Part shown: positions 17,433 through 26,152 of the stretch, piece by piece
Numbering within the stretch: position 1 is the first letter of the stretch
Layout: every line of letters begins with the position of its first letter
NCBI GenBank assembly: GCA_031363095.1
Contig: JANLTX010000011.1
Coordinates: forward strand, 26,575 to 90,574
Direction: 5' to 3'
DNA: 64,000 bases
Source: Armatimonadota bacterium
GTDB taxonomy: Bacteria > Armatimonadota > Armatimonadia > Armatimonadales > Armatimonadaceae
The notes under the pieces: model-generated
What the model saw: only the letters and a program-made list of their open reading frames with translations
Told to the model about the DNA's origin: nothing
The model's database searches: none
Made by a program: the position numbers and the translations under genes

Positions 17433-17861
17433 CTATCCGCCGGGCGGATGAAGGCCCGCCAGGGAAAGCAGCCGACGTAGCCCCAGAAGCTCCGGGCGAT
17501 TGAGATTCAGCCGGGAGATCGTCGCGCGTCCGGTCGGTGTCCGGCCTTCCAGCGTCTGCCTATCTTCTCTCCAGGCAAAGTGATCGTTCCAAACATCGTT
17601 TCGTGGATGGAAAAGCGACACACGCTCTCCCGTCACAACATCTTCCGCATCGACGGCGATGCCCTTGGAGCCGTTGCAGCCGCCACAAGCCCACGCCAGA
17701 TTCTCAACGGTGTCCGTTCCGTGCAGTTTGCCAGGAACGATGTGCTCGACAGTAAATGGAGCCGGGGAGATATCATCCGGACAGAGGCAATACTCGCAGC
17801 GACCTCCGGCTCGCTCTCGAACTGCCTGGCGAACAGCGGGCTGTTTTCGGGCTTCAGGCAT
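17433..17861 (-). CDS. HNH endonuclease
   Basis: CEYCLCP...FTVEHIVPGKLHGTDTVENLAWACGGCNGSKG. Confidence 0.85.
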   Translation of the reverse strand: MPEARKQPAVRQAVRERAGGRCEYCLCPDDISPAPFTVEHIVPGKLHGTDTVENLAWACGGCNGSKGIAVDAEDVVTGERVSLFHPRNDVWNDHFAWREDRQTLEGRTPTGRATISRLNLNRPELLGLRRLLSLAGLHPPGG

Positions 17862-18294
17862 GGGGGTGATGACGGATTCCGAGAGCCTGCATCAGCGCCG
17901 GAAAGTGCATGCCACGTTTCTGGGCAAGCTCTTCCAGAAGCTCCAGCCGCCGGACGTTCCAGGTTTCGGTTTTCTCGATAAGCGCCAGAAACTCGGTGCG
18001 CTCCGTGCCGTCGAGTTCCCGGCCCGCCAGTTGATGGTAGCGCCGCCAGAACGCGGGAGATAGCTCCTTGTTGAGTACGTCGAGCCGGGCCTGCTCCTCG
18101 GCGCTCAGACGTACCTCGGTGTTCACTCGCTCACGCTCCGCCATCTGGCGCAAGGCAAGACCGATGATCCGAGACTTGTTGAGTCCTAACTTCCTGCCCA
18201 GAAGCGCAATAAGCCGCTCTTCATCGGTGTCAGGTCGATAGGTGACGATAGCACGTGTGCTTGGCATACCAGAGTGATTGTACCAGATAGTCAA
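17854..18294 (-). CDS. Small RHH (CopG/Arc-like) domain protein, coupled to the HNH gene
   Basis: The stop overlaps the HNH start by 8 nt. IVTYRPDTDEERLIALLGRKLGLNKSRIIGLALRQMAE resembles a ribbon-helix-helix. The start may be MPSTRA (18267). Confidence 0.55.
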   Translation of the reverse strand: MTIWYNHSGMPSTRAIVTYRPDTDEERLIALLGRKLGLNKSRIIGLALRQMAERERVNTEVRLSAEEQARLDVLNKELSPAFWRRYHQLAGRELDGTERTEFLALIEKTETWNVRRLELLEELAQKRGMHFPALMQALGIRHHPHA

Positions 18295-18336
18295 AGTGCT
18301 ATCACCTGACTGTATCAGAAGGGAAATTTAGGGCAG

Positions 18337-19374
18337 ATGCCGAAAGTAAAGTCCATGAGCAAGACGTACAAAATTGGGGTGGCGAAGCTGGTCCACGACC
18401 ACGTGTGGGGCGAGCTGGACGCCTGGATAAAAACCGGGCGGGTGGAGATCGTCGCGCTGGGCGAGCCGAGCGAGCGATTAAGAAATCGCTTTGCCGAGAA
18501 GTTTCCCGAGGCCCGGCGCTACGATTCGTGGGAGGCGATGCTTCAGAGCGAAAACGAGCTGGATATTGTCCAGATCGCTGCCGAGAACTCGCTCCACGCA
18601 GACATCACCGAAGCAGCGGCGGCAAAGAACTGCCACGTGATCACCGAGAAACCCATGGCGGCGACGCTCGACCAGGCCAATCGAATGGTTGCCGCGTGCA
18701 AAAAAGCGGGTGTCCAGCTCTTGGTCAACTGGCCGACCGCCTGGTCGCCGTCGTTTCAGGAAATGGAGCGCGTGATTCTCTCCGGCGAGATCGGGACTCT
18801 GCGCTACTTCAAGTACCGCTCGGCCCACAACGGCCCCAAAGAGATCGGGTGCGACGAGTCGTTCTGGAGCTGGCTCTACGACGAAGAAAAGAACGGCGCG
18901 GGCGCGTTCATGGACTACTGCTGCTACGGAGCCGCAATGATGGCCCGCTTTCTGGGCCTTCCCGAGAAAGTTCTCGGAATGCGGGCGGTACTCGCCAAAG
19001 ACTACCCGATCCCCGACGACAACGCGATTATCAGCGCCTGGTACAAAGGTGCACACTGCGTCGCGGAGGCAAGCTGGACCCAGACCACGGGCTACGTCAA
19101 CGGAAACCCGTATGCGTACGGCTCCGAAGGTGCGATTGCACTCCAGAACGGCAAGGTCCATCTCTTAAAGCCCGGAAAATCTATTGAAATCTACGATCCG
19201 CCTGCTCTGGAAGCCCCGAAGCGTAGCGGACCGGAGTATCTGATTCACTGCATTGAGACGGGCGAGGCTATCGAAGGAACCTGCTCGGCCCACGTCTCGC
19301 GCGACGCCCAGGAAATTCTCGAAGCGGGCTTGCGTGCCGCAAAGACCGAGACCGTTCAGCACCTGCCCGTATGA
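18337..19374 (+). CDS. Gfo/Idh/MocA family oxidoreductase (cytoplasmic)
   Basis: Rossmann N-terminus YKIGVAKLVHDHVWG, CHVITEKPMA, and a typical C-terminal alpha/beta domain. Confidence 0.85.
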   Translation: MPKVKSMSKTYKIGVAKLVHDHVWGELDAWIKTGRVEIVALGEPSERLRNRFAEKFPEARRYDSWEAMLQSENELDIVQIAAENSLHADITEAAAAKNCHVITEKPMAATLDQANRMVAACKKAGVQLLVNWPTAWSPSFQEMERVILSGEIGTLRYFKYRSAHNGPKEIGCDESFWSWLYDEEKNGAGAFMDYCCYGAAMMARFLGLPEKVLGMRAVLAKDYPIPDDNAIISAWYKGAHCVAEASWTQTTGYVNGNPYAYGSEGAIALQNGKVHLLKPGKSIEIYDPPALEAPKRSGPEYLIHCIETGEAIEGTCSAHVSRDAQEILEAGLRAAKTETVQHLPV

Positions 19375-19507
19375 ACACGGGGGGCTAAGGGCTTCGCCCC
19401 GAAGTCCTTCGGACATAACCGACACTCGAAACGTCCGCAGGACCTTGTGGCGCGAAGCGCCTTTAGCCACCGATGTTCATATCGGCGGTTCACCGAATTG
19501 AAGAAAC

Positions 19508-20449
19508 ATGACCGATACCGAGTTTTTAGCGGCGTGTGGCCGCCTGGAAGAGAACTTAGGCCGGGTGATCCGGGGCAAGAGCGAGAGTCTGCGGCTCTTG
19601 CTGATCGCCCTGCTCTCCGGCGGGCACGTGCTGCTCGAAGACGTCCCCGGAACCGGCAAGACGACGCTTGCAAAAGCACTCGCGCGCTCCATCGACGGCG
19701 ACTTTCGGCGAATCCAGTTCACGCCGGACCTGCTGCCTGCCGACATCACCGGATCGAGCTTTTACAAGCCCGCCGAGGGAGTGTTCGAGTTTCGGCCCGG
19801 CCCGGTCTTCACCCATGTTCTGCTGGGCGACGAGATCAACCGGACCAGCCCGCGCACGCAGTCGGCGCTGCTCGAAGTGATGAGCGAGGGACAGGTGACG
19901 GTCGAGGGGGTGCGCCGGACGCTGCCGCAGCCGTTCTTTGTGATCGCCACCCAGAACCCGAGCGAGTATCACGGCACCTACCCGCTCCCCGAGGCTCAGT
20001 TGGATCGGTTCGCGGTTCGGCTGAACCTGGGCTATCCGAGCCACGACGAAGAATTAGGGATTCTCTACGACCAGAACGACTCCCACCCGCTCGATGCCCT
20101 GGAGTCCGTGCTGACCATCGCCGACGTGCTCGCGCTCCAGGGCATGGTGAAGTCCGTGACCGTAGACAGGAGCGTCGCCGAGTATCTCTTGCGGCTCGTC
20201 GCCAGCACCCGCACCGACACGCGCCTGCGAACCGGGCTTTCTCCGCGCGGCTCACTCATGCTCTACCGGACGGCTCAGGCGCGTGCCCGCACCGAGGGGC
20301 GCGATTTTGTCACGCCGGAAGATGTCCGTGCACTGGCGATCCCGGTGCTCGCGCACCGCATGCAGCTCGACAACAAAGCCAAGTACGCGGGCCAGAGCGC
20401 TGAAAGCATTCTCCAGGAAACGCTGGACTCCACGCCCGTCCCCCGGTAA
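19508..20449 (+). CDS. MoxR-family AAA+ ATPase
   Basis: GHVLLEDVPGTGKTTLAKALARSI, RIQFTPDLLPADITG, LLGDEINRTSPRTQSALLEVM. Confidence 0.9.
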   Translation: MTDTEFLAACGRLEENLGRVIRGKSESLRLLLIALLSGGHVLLEDVPGTGKTTLAKALARSIDGDFRRIQFTPDLLPADITGSSFYKPAEGVFEFRPGPVFTHVLLGDEINRTSPRTQSALLEVMSEGQVTVEGVRRTLPQPFFVIATQNPSEYHGTYPLPEAQLDRFAVRLNLGYPSHDEELGILYDQNDSHPLDALESVLTIADVLALQGMVKSVTVDRSVAEYLLRLVASTRTDTRLRTGLSPRGSLMLYRTAQARARTEGRDFVTPEDVRALAIPVLAHRMQLDNKAKYAGQSAESILQETLDSTPVPR

Positions 20450-20458
20450 ACTCAAGCC

Positions 20459-22183
20459 GTGCGACCTCTTCTACTGACCCTGCTTCTTCTGCTTCTCCCC
20501 CTTCCCTCGGCCCCGCGAAGCGGGAAAAAGCCCGAGGGAAGGGGGCCGGGGGGATGGGTCGTCTATCTGTTTCTCGCGAGCGACTGCCCCATCGCCGGGC
20601 GCTACGGCCCGCGCCTGCGAGCGCTATCGGAGACGTACACAAAACGTGGCGTCCAGTTCGTCGCGGTCTTTCCCAACGAGCGCGAGACGAGCGAAAGTGT
20701 AGGGCGCTGGCTAAAAGACCGCAAGCTCACCGGCCTGACGCCAAGCCGCAACGCCGATTTGGTGAAAAAGTTCGGCGCAACCCACACCCCGGAAGCGATT
20801 CTCGTGGACGCCCATGGCAAGAAGCTCTATTCAGGCCGCCTCGACAACGCCGACGACCCGGCGAAAGTCACCCGAAAAGACCTTTCTCTGGCCCTCGATG
20901 CCGTACTTTCGGGCCACAAAATGACCAACGCTCACACCCAGCCCTTCGGCTGCCTGTTGACTCCCCCATTACTGGGGGCAGGGGGGCAAAATGCAGGAAA
21001 CGGGCGTTTCATTACAGCAATTCTCGAAAAACACTGCGTTGGGTGCCATAAAAAAGGCGAGGTCGGACCGATGCCGCTCGATGACTATAAAACTGTGGTT
21101 GGTTTTGCGCAGAAAATCAAAGAGCAGACCCAGTCAAAGCGCATGCCGCCCTGGAAAGCCGACTCGTCCGGCGAGTTCCACGACGAACACAAGCTCACCG
21201 ACGCCGAAATTCTGGCGATTGCAACATGGGCAAAGTCCCCCGCCCCCTCTGTTTCCCCTTCCCTCCCCTCGGCGAAAGTCGATCTCCCCATTATTGGGGC
21301 CGGGGGAAGCTGGCACCTCGGAACGCCCGACGAGGTCTTCACGATGCCCGCGTACGACGTGCCGGACAACGGCAAAGACATCTACCGCTGCTTTGTGATT
21401 CCTGCGGGCAGCCCCGATCAAGGCCGCTGGGTGAAGGGAATCGAGTTTCAGCCGGGCAACCGGGCGATAGTCCATCACGCGTCGGTTTTTATCGATCTGT
21501 CGGGTGTCGGGAAGAAGCTGGACGACGACGCGCCCGGCCCCGGCTACACGAACCCGACTCCCGGCAACGGCCCCGGTTTCAACGAAGCGTACTCGGTGCT
21601 CGGCGGCTGGACTCCCGGACACCTGCCCCGCAAGCTGCCATCGGGCGTGGCGATTTTCTTGCCGAAAGGGGCGCAGCTAATTTTAGAAGTCCACTATCAC
21701 CTGACGGGAAAGCCTGAGAAAGACCAGACACGCTTCGGGCTGCACCTCGCCCGCGAGCCTATCGACAAGCGCATGCACCTGGGCGGAGTCGGAACCCAGT
21801 CGTTCTCGATTCCCCCCGGCGCAAAGAATTATTTAGTCGAAGCGACTCTCCCGACCGAGAAAGACATCACAATTCTCTCGATCACGCCGCACATGCACGA
21901 GCGCGGCACCCGAATGGTCGCGTTCGCCGAACTGCCGAGCGGCGAGCGAAAGAAACTGATCGATGTCCCGCGCTGGGACTTTCAGTGGCAGCCAAGCTAT
22001 CGGTTCAAAGAGCCTGTGAAGCTTCCCAAGGGCACGCAGGTGACGGTTCAGGGGTATTTCAACAACCCGACCGACAAGCCGCTCACCTGGGGCGAGAGCA
22101 CGAAAGACGAGATGTGCGTGCTATTCTCCGCCTACACCCGCGACGACGAACATCTCTTAGACGAACCCGTAATTATTCGTTAG
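20459..22183 (+). CDS. Secreted three-module protein: redoxin/thioredoxin-fold + CxxCH cytochrome-c-like + copper type II ascorbate-dependent monooxygenase-like C-terminal domain
   Basis: Signal peptide MRPLLLTLLLLLLPLPSA. Redoxin-like VVYLFLASDCPIAGRY...THTPEAILVD. Heme-type CVGCH...MPPWKAD. PHM/DBH-like HHASVF, EVHYH, HMHERGTRM and KDEMCVLF. Confidence 0.75.
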   Translation: MRPLLLTLLLLLLPLPSAPRSGKKPEGRGPGGWVVYLFLASDCPIAGRYGPRLRALSETYTKRGVQFVAVFPNERETSESVGRWLKDRKLTGLTPSRNADLVKKFGATHTPEAILVDAHGKKLYSGRLDNADDPAKVTRKDLSLALDAVLSGHKMTNAHTQPFGCLLTPPLLGAGGQNAGNGRFITAILEKHCVGCHKKGEVGPMPLDDYKTVVGFAQKIKEQTQSKRMPPWKADSSGEFHDEHKLTDAEILAIATWAKSPAPSVSPSLPSAKVDLPIIGAGGSWHLGTPDEVFTMPAYDVPDNGKDIYRCFVIPAGSPDQGRWVKGIEFQPGNRAIVHHASVFIDLSGVGKKLDDDAPGPGYTNPTPGNGPGFNEAYSVLGGWTPGHLPRKLPSGVAIFLPKGAQLILEVHYHLTGKPEKDQTRFGLHLAREPIDKRMHLGGVGTQSFSIPPGAKNYLVEATLPTEKDITILSITPHMHERGTRMVAFAELPSGERKKLIDVPRWDFQWQPSYRFKEPVKLPKGTQVTVQGYFNNPTDKPLTWGESTKDEMCVLFSAYTRDDEHLLDEPVIIR

Positions 22184-22354
22184 CAGGTTTAAAACTGCCT
22201 TCATCAGGGAAGACTGGTCTGTGGACTCAACGCCCCGTGCTTCGGGGCAATCGTTACGACGGGACAGAAATCTATGAAAAACGATCTTTCTCTGGCCGCA
22301 CTCGTCCTTCAGGGCATCAATGCGGTACTCGCCACAACTCCCGACGACTCCCAC

Positions 22355-23233
22355 TCAGACGGAGTCGCCCTCGCAACCGGCCCGCTTCCGGAACGCCTCG
22401 ATGATCTTCTGGGTGACGGAGCCGGGCTTGCCTGAGCCGATAGCCCGCTCATCCAAAATACAACCGGGAATCACCTCGGCGGCGGTGCCGGTGAGAAAAC
22501 ACTCGTCGGCACAGTAGAGGTCGAAGAGGGTCAGATTTTCCTCGCGGACGGAGATCCCGAGCTGCTCGGCGCACTCCATCGCGACCTGACGCGTGACGCC
22601 TTTCAGACACCCCGCCGATGGCGGCGGCGTGAGAATCAGGCCGTCTTTCACGATAAACACGTTGTCGCCCGTGGCCTCCGCGACGTAGCCCAGGTGATTC
22701 AGCATGATCCCCTCGCCCGCCCCGACCCGGTTTGCCTCCATCTTGGCTAAGATATTATTGATGTACTTTCCCGTGCATTTAATACGCGGATTGATGGCAT
22801 CGGGGCTGGGTACGCGGGTTGCACAGGTAATCATGGTCAGCCCGTTGTCATAAAATTCTTTTGGATAAAGCGCAAGCTGACGCGTTGCAATAATATAATT
22901 AGGTTTCTGGTCGATATGGCTCGGGTCCAGGCCCAAACCGGTTCCGCGAGAGAGATTCACTCGGATATAGCCTTCGTGGTGGTTGTTTTTAGAGCATGTT
23001 TCCAAAATAGCCGTGCGCGCCCGGTCGTACGAAAGTGTGCTCATGTCGAAACCCAGCGCCCGTGCGCCGTCGAAGAGCCGCCTCAGATGCGGATCAAGCC
23101 GAAAGACTTTTCCGTTGTAGACCCGAACTCCCTCAAACAGTCCATCGCCATAGAGATAGGCATGGTCGAAGATAGAAACTGTCGCCTGCTCTTTGGGAAC
23201 GAACTCGCCGTCGATATAGACCACTTCAGACAT
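22355..23233 (-). CDS. ilvE: Branched-chain amino acid aminotransferase (fold type IV)
   Basis: MSEVVYIDGEFVPKEQATVSIFDHAYLYGDGLFEGVRVYNGKVFRLDPHLRRL. The catalytic Lys context is KCTGKYINNILA. The ORF-track N-terminal extension to 23362 is rejected. Confidence 0.9.
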   Translation of the reverse strand: MSEVVYIDGEFVPKEQATVSIFDHAYLYGDGLFEGVRVYNGKVFRLDPHLRRLFDGARALGFDMSTLSYDRARTAILETCSKNNHHEGYIRVNLSRGTGLGLDPSHIDQKPNYIIATRQLALYPKEFYDNGLTMITCATRVPSPDAINPRIKCTGKYINNILAKMEANRVGAGEGIMLNHLGYVAEATGDNVFIVKDGLILTPPPSAGCLKGVTRQVAMECAEQLGISVREENLTLFDLYCADECFLTGTAAEVIPGCILDERAIGSGKPGSVTQKIIEAFRKRAGCEGDSV

Positions 23234-23300
23234 TCTTCGATTATACCGCCCGGAAACCGCCCCTACGAACAGGGGCGTCTGGGCGAGCAAGCTCGACGAA

Positions 23301-23344
23301 GTCGCTCCGCGACAAATCCAATGTTCGGTGTGTCGCGGAGCGAC
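23301..23344. other. Perfect 14-bp stem hairpin in the divergent intergenic region
   Basis: GTCGCTCCGCGACA (23301-23314) pairs with TGTCGCGGAGCGAC (23331-23344), with a 16-nt loop. Confidence 0.7.
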
Positions 23345-23373
23345 TTCGTAGCCGAGGCACAAGGCTCCCTAGA

Positions 23374-23418
23374 CGCCCACGTCCCTGTGGGCGGGACGGC
23401 CCACGTCCCTGTGGGCGG
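23374..23418. repeat. Tandem duplicated hairpin motif (2 x CCCACGTCCCTGTGGGCGG)
   Basis: CGCCCACGTCCCTGTGGGCGG at 23374-23394 and GGCCCACGTCCCTGTGGGCGG at 23398-23418. Each is self-complementary (CCCAC/GTGGG) and they lie 15 nt upstream of the 23434 gene. Confidence 0.75.
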
Positions 23419-23433
23419 ATTATCGGAGGTACA

Positions 23434-24450
23434 ATGCCCGCAATGAAAACCTTTGCTTTCGTCGGGTGCGGACACATCCATACGCCCGGCTTCATCCACA
23501 ACATCAACCGCCGCAAAGACTCGGTGCGAGTGAAGTCCGTCTGGGACCACGACCTGGCGCGTGCTGAGCTGCGCGCAGGCGAGCTTGCGGGCAGCGCCGT
23601 CGAGGCCGATCTGGAGAAAATCTGCTCGGACCCGGAGATTACCGCTGCGATTGTCTGCTCCGAGACGAACCTCCACGAAAAACTGGTCGGGCCACTGGTG
23701 AGCGCTGGAAAACATGTCTTCGTCGAGAAACCGCTGGGCTTCACCGGCGCAGACGCCCGAGCGATGGCCGAGGCTATCGAAGACCAAGGGCTTTTATTCT
23801 CCACGGGCTACTTCAGCCGGGGCGATGCCAGGCTTAGATTCGTCAAAAAGCAGATCGACGCCGGGGCTTTTGGAAAAATTACCCGCGCAAGAATGAGCAA
23901 CTGCCACGACGGCGCACTCGGCGGCTGGTTCGACGGCGAGTGGCGCTGGATGGCCGATCCCGTGCAGTCGGGCTGTGGCGGCTTTGGCGATCTCGGGACG
24001 CACTCGCTGGATATTTTATTGTGGTACTTCGGCGAGGTAGAGCGCTGCACCGCCCAGCTCGATCCGGGAACCGCGCGCTACACAGGCTGCGACGAAACGG
24101 GCGAGGGGCTGATTCGCTTCAAAAGCGGCGTCATCGCGACGCTGGCCGCAGGCTGGGACGATGTCGCCGACCCGGTTCGGCTACTGATTTCTGGCACGGA
24201 AGGCCACGCGATGATCGTGAGTGATCGGCTCTACTTTCAGAGCAAGCACGTGCCCGGCATGGACGGCTCTCAGCCGCTGAGAAACGCCGAGATCGGCTCG
24301 GGCGCGTCCGCTGGCCTCGACGCCTGGATCGAGCGCGTCTGCGGCAACGACAGCCCCGAACTGGTCGGTGCAAGAGAAGCCGCGTACCGCTCCGTGGTCA
24401 TGGAAGCGCTGTACACCGGCGCAAAAACCGGTGCGTGGGTCACGCCGTAG
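23434..24450 (+). CDS. Gfo/Idh/MocA family oxidoreductase
   Basis: GGAGGT Shine-Dalgarno 4 nt upstream. FAFVGCGHIHTPGF and GKHVFVEKP. Confidence 0.85.
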   Translation: MPAMKTFAFVGCGHIHTPGFIHNINRRKDSVRVKSVWDHDLARAELRAGELAGSAVEADLEKICSDPEITAAIVCSETNLHEKLVGPLVSAGKHVFVEKPLGFTGADARAMAEAIEDQGLLFSTGYFSRGDARLRFVKKQIDAGAFGKITRARMSNCHDGALGGWFDGEWRWMADPVQSGCGGFGDLGTHSLDILLWYFGEVERCTAQLDPGTARYTGCDETGEGLIRFKSGVIATLAAGWDDVADPVRLLISGTEGHAMIVSDRLYFQSKHVPGMDGSQPLRNAEIGSGASAGLDAWIERVCGNDSPELVGAREAAYRSVVMEALYTGAKTGAWVTP

Positions 24451-24558
24451 CAGCGGGCAGGTAAACCAGCCCGCTGCACGAGACAAGCACCCTGAAGGGC
24501 GCTACAAACCGAACCCATTTGCAGGGGGCTTCAGCCTCCTTGGGTTTATGCAGCGGGT

Positions 24559-24930
24559 TCATTTATGGACCCGCGTTTCCAGGTCGGCGCGGGTGAGAGT
24601 GCCTTTGTAGATCGCTCCGGCGACGAGCGGGAATACGTCGATTTGCTTGCGCTTCACCAGCGCAAGCGTCTCCTCGACGCTCCACTCGGGTCGGGCGACG
24701 ACGCGGCTCGGGTGGGTGTACGGCCCGACCGCGAGCGTCGAGAGATCGGCTCCGGCGGGAATTAAACCTGGCTCCAGCGCGGCCTCGCTGAGAACGCCCT
24801 GATACATGCCGTCGCCCACCAGCACGACCAATTTCAGCGGCTCGGCGCTGAGAAGCGCGATGGCTTCCTCTAAACTCTCGGAGGGCGCAACGACGGGAAC
24901 CTCGCGCAGAGGCAAATCGGATAGGGTCAT
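24559..24930 (-). CDS. CBS-pair domain protein
   Basis: Two CBS-like repeats (PVVAPSESLEEAIALL...VLVGDGMYQGVLSEAAL, and SVEETLALVKRKQIDVFPLVAGAIYKGTLTRADL). Confidence 0.7.
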   Translation of the reverse strand: MTLSDLPLREVPVVAPSESLEEAIALLSAEPLKLVVLVGDGMYQGVLSEAALEPGLIPAGADLSTLAVGPYTHPSRVVARPEWSVEETLALVKRKQIDVFPLVAGAIYKGTLTRADLETRVHK

Positions 24931-24937
24931 GGCGTCG

Positions 24938-26152
24938 CTATTCTACCGCAGGGGGCAGGTCGTGGCCCATTCGGGTGCGCTTGGTCTCCAAGTACCGAAC
25001 GTTGTGTGGGTTCGGCGTGGTCGGAAGCGGCACGCGCTCAACAACTTCGAGATCAAATCCCTGAAGGCCATCGCGTTTTTCGGGGTTATTGGTCATAAGT
25101 TTTAGTTTTTTCAGACCAAGGTCCACTAAAATCTGCGCCCCGATGCCATAGTCTCTGGAATCTGACTTGAAACCGAGCATCAAGTTGGCATCGAGCGTAT
25201 CGGCACCCTGGTCTTGCAGCGCATAGGCTCGCATCTTGTTGACCAGCCCGATTCCCCGGCCTTCTTGCTCGATATAAAGCAAGACGCCGCGCCCGGCGTC
25301 GGCGATTTTCTCCAGAGCGAGCTGAAGCTGATCGCCACAGTCGCAGCGTAGACTTCCCAGCAAGTCGCCCGTGACACACGAGCTATGGATGCGGCAGAGC
25401 GTCGGCTCCTTCGGGTCGATCTCGCCCATCACCAGCGCCAGATACTCGTTGTCGTCCACCTCGCTGACGTAGGCATGCGCGACGAACTCGCCGTACTTCG
25501 TGGGCAGCCTTGGAGCCGCAAGCTTTCGGATTAATTTCTCGCTTCTTCGGCGATAGCGAATCAGATCGGCAATCGTTGCCAGCTTCAGGTCCAGCTCCTT
25601 GGCAAGCGCGATCAGCGCGGGCAGGCGCAGCATCTCGCCGTCGTCGCCCATGATCTCGGAGATCACCCCGACCGGCTCCAGTCCCGCGAGCCGACACAGA
25701 TCGACCGAGGCTTCCGTGTGGCCGGGGCGCTTCAAGACGCCGCCTTTTCGGGCCAGAAGCGGGCTGACATGGCCGGGCCGATTGAAGTCCGAGGGCTTCG
25801 CGCTCGGATCCGCCAGAAGCTGAATGGTCCGCGCCCGATCAAACGCCGACGAACCCGTGGACGTTCCGACGCGGGCATCGACAGCCACATGGAACGCGGT
25901 TTTTAGAACCTCGGTGTTGTCGGCAGCCTGCGGGGGAATGTTCAGTGCATCGAGGCGCTCGGCGGGCATCGGAACCGTGATGATCCCACTTGCACGACGA
26001 TTGACAAACGTCACGAACTCGGGCGTCGCGAACTGCGCCGCCATCACAAAGTCGCCCTCGTTCTCCCGGTCTTCATCATCGACCAGAATAATTAATTTTC
26101 CGGCTCTTAAATCGTCTAAAACGTCTTCGATACGTGCAAAAGAAAAACTCAC
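24938..26152 (-). CDS. ribBA: Bifunctional 3,4-dihydroxy-2-butanone-4-phosphate synthase / GTP cyclohydrolase II
   Basis: LVDDEDRENEGDFVMAA (RibB) and RIHSSCVTGDLLGSLRCDCGDQL (RibA zinc site). Confidence 0.95.
   Translation of the reverse strand: MSFSFARIEDVLDDLRAGKLIILVDDEDRENEGDFVMAAQFATPEFVTFVNRRASGIITVPMPAERLDALNIPPQAADNTEVLKTAFHVAVDARVGTSTGSSAFDRARTIQLLADPSAKPSDFNRPGHVSPLLARKGGVLKRPGHTEASVDLCRLAGLEPVGVISEIMGDDGEMLRLPALIALAKELDLKLATIADLIRYRRRSEKLIRKLAAPRLPTKYGEFVAHAYVSEVDDNEYLALVMGEIDPKEPTLCRIHSSCVTGDLLGSLRCDCGDQLQLALEKIADAGRGVLLYIEQEGRGIGLVNKMRAYALQDQGADTLDANLMLGFKSDSRDYGIGAQILVDLGLKKLKLMTNNPEKRDGLQGFDLEVVERVPLPTTPNPHNVRYLETKRTRMGHDLPPAVE

Noticed and set aside
14340-18294. Interpreting the recombinase-containing islet as a complete integrative element or prophage.
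   Set aside because: It has no phage structural or replication genes, no identifiable att direct repeats and no adjacent tRNA. It is reported only as a candidate islet.
19375-19507. Imperfect inverted repeat (GGCTAAGGGCTTCGC ... GCGAAGCGCCTTTAGCC) and small hairpins upstream of moxR.
   Set aside because: The arms contain an indel and the stems are short. This is not distinguishable from chance or from a weak terminator of the upstream gene.
19447-20403. 318-aa plus-strand ORF overlapping MoxR in another frame.
   Set aside because: The MoxR frame has unambiguous Walker A/B and family motifs. The alternate frame is Arg/Pro-rich.
23234-23362. N-terminal extension of the ilvE ORF. Similar upstream extensions occur on the ORFs for apbE (1340-1507), the trmJ-like gene (11235-11357), xer (15174-15230), ribD (28719-28814), pilM (43220-43279) and the 3324-aa ORF (53156-53317).
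   Set aside because: The extensions lack similarity to the respective families and often overlap the upstream gene. They end at internal Met codons that give canonical N-termini, signal peptides or ATGA coupling.
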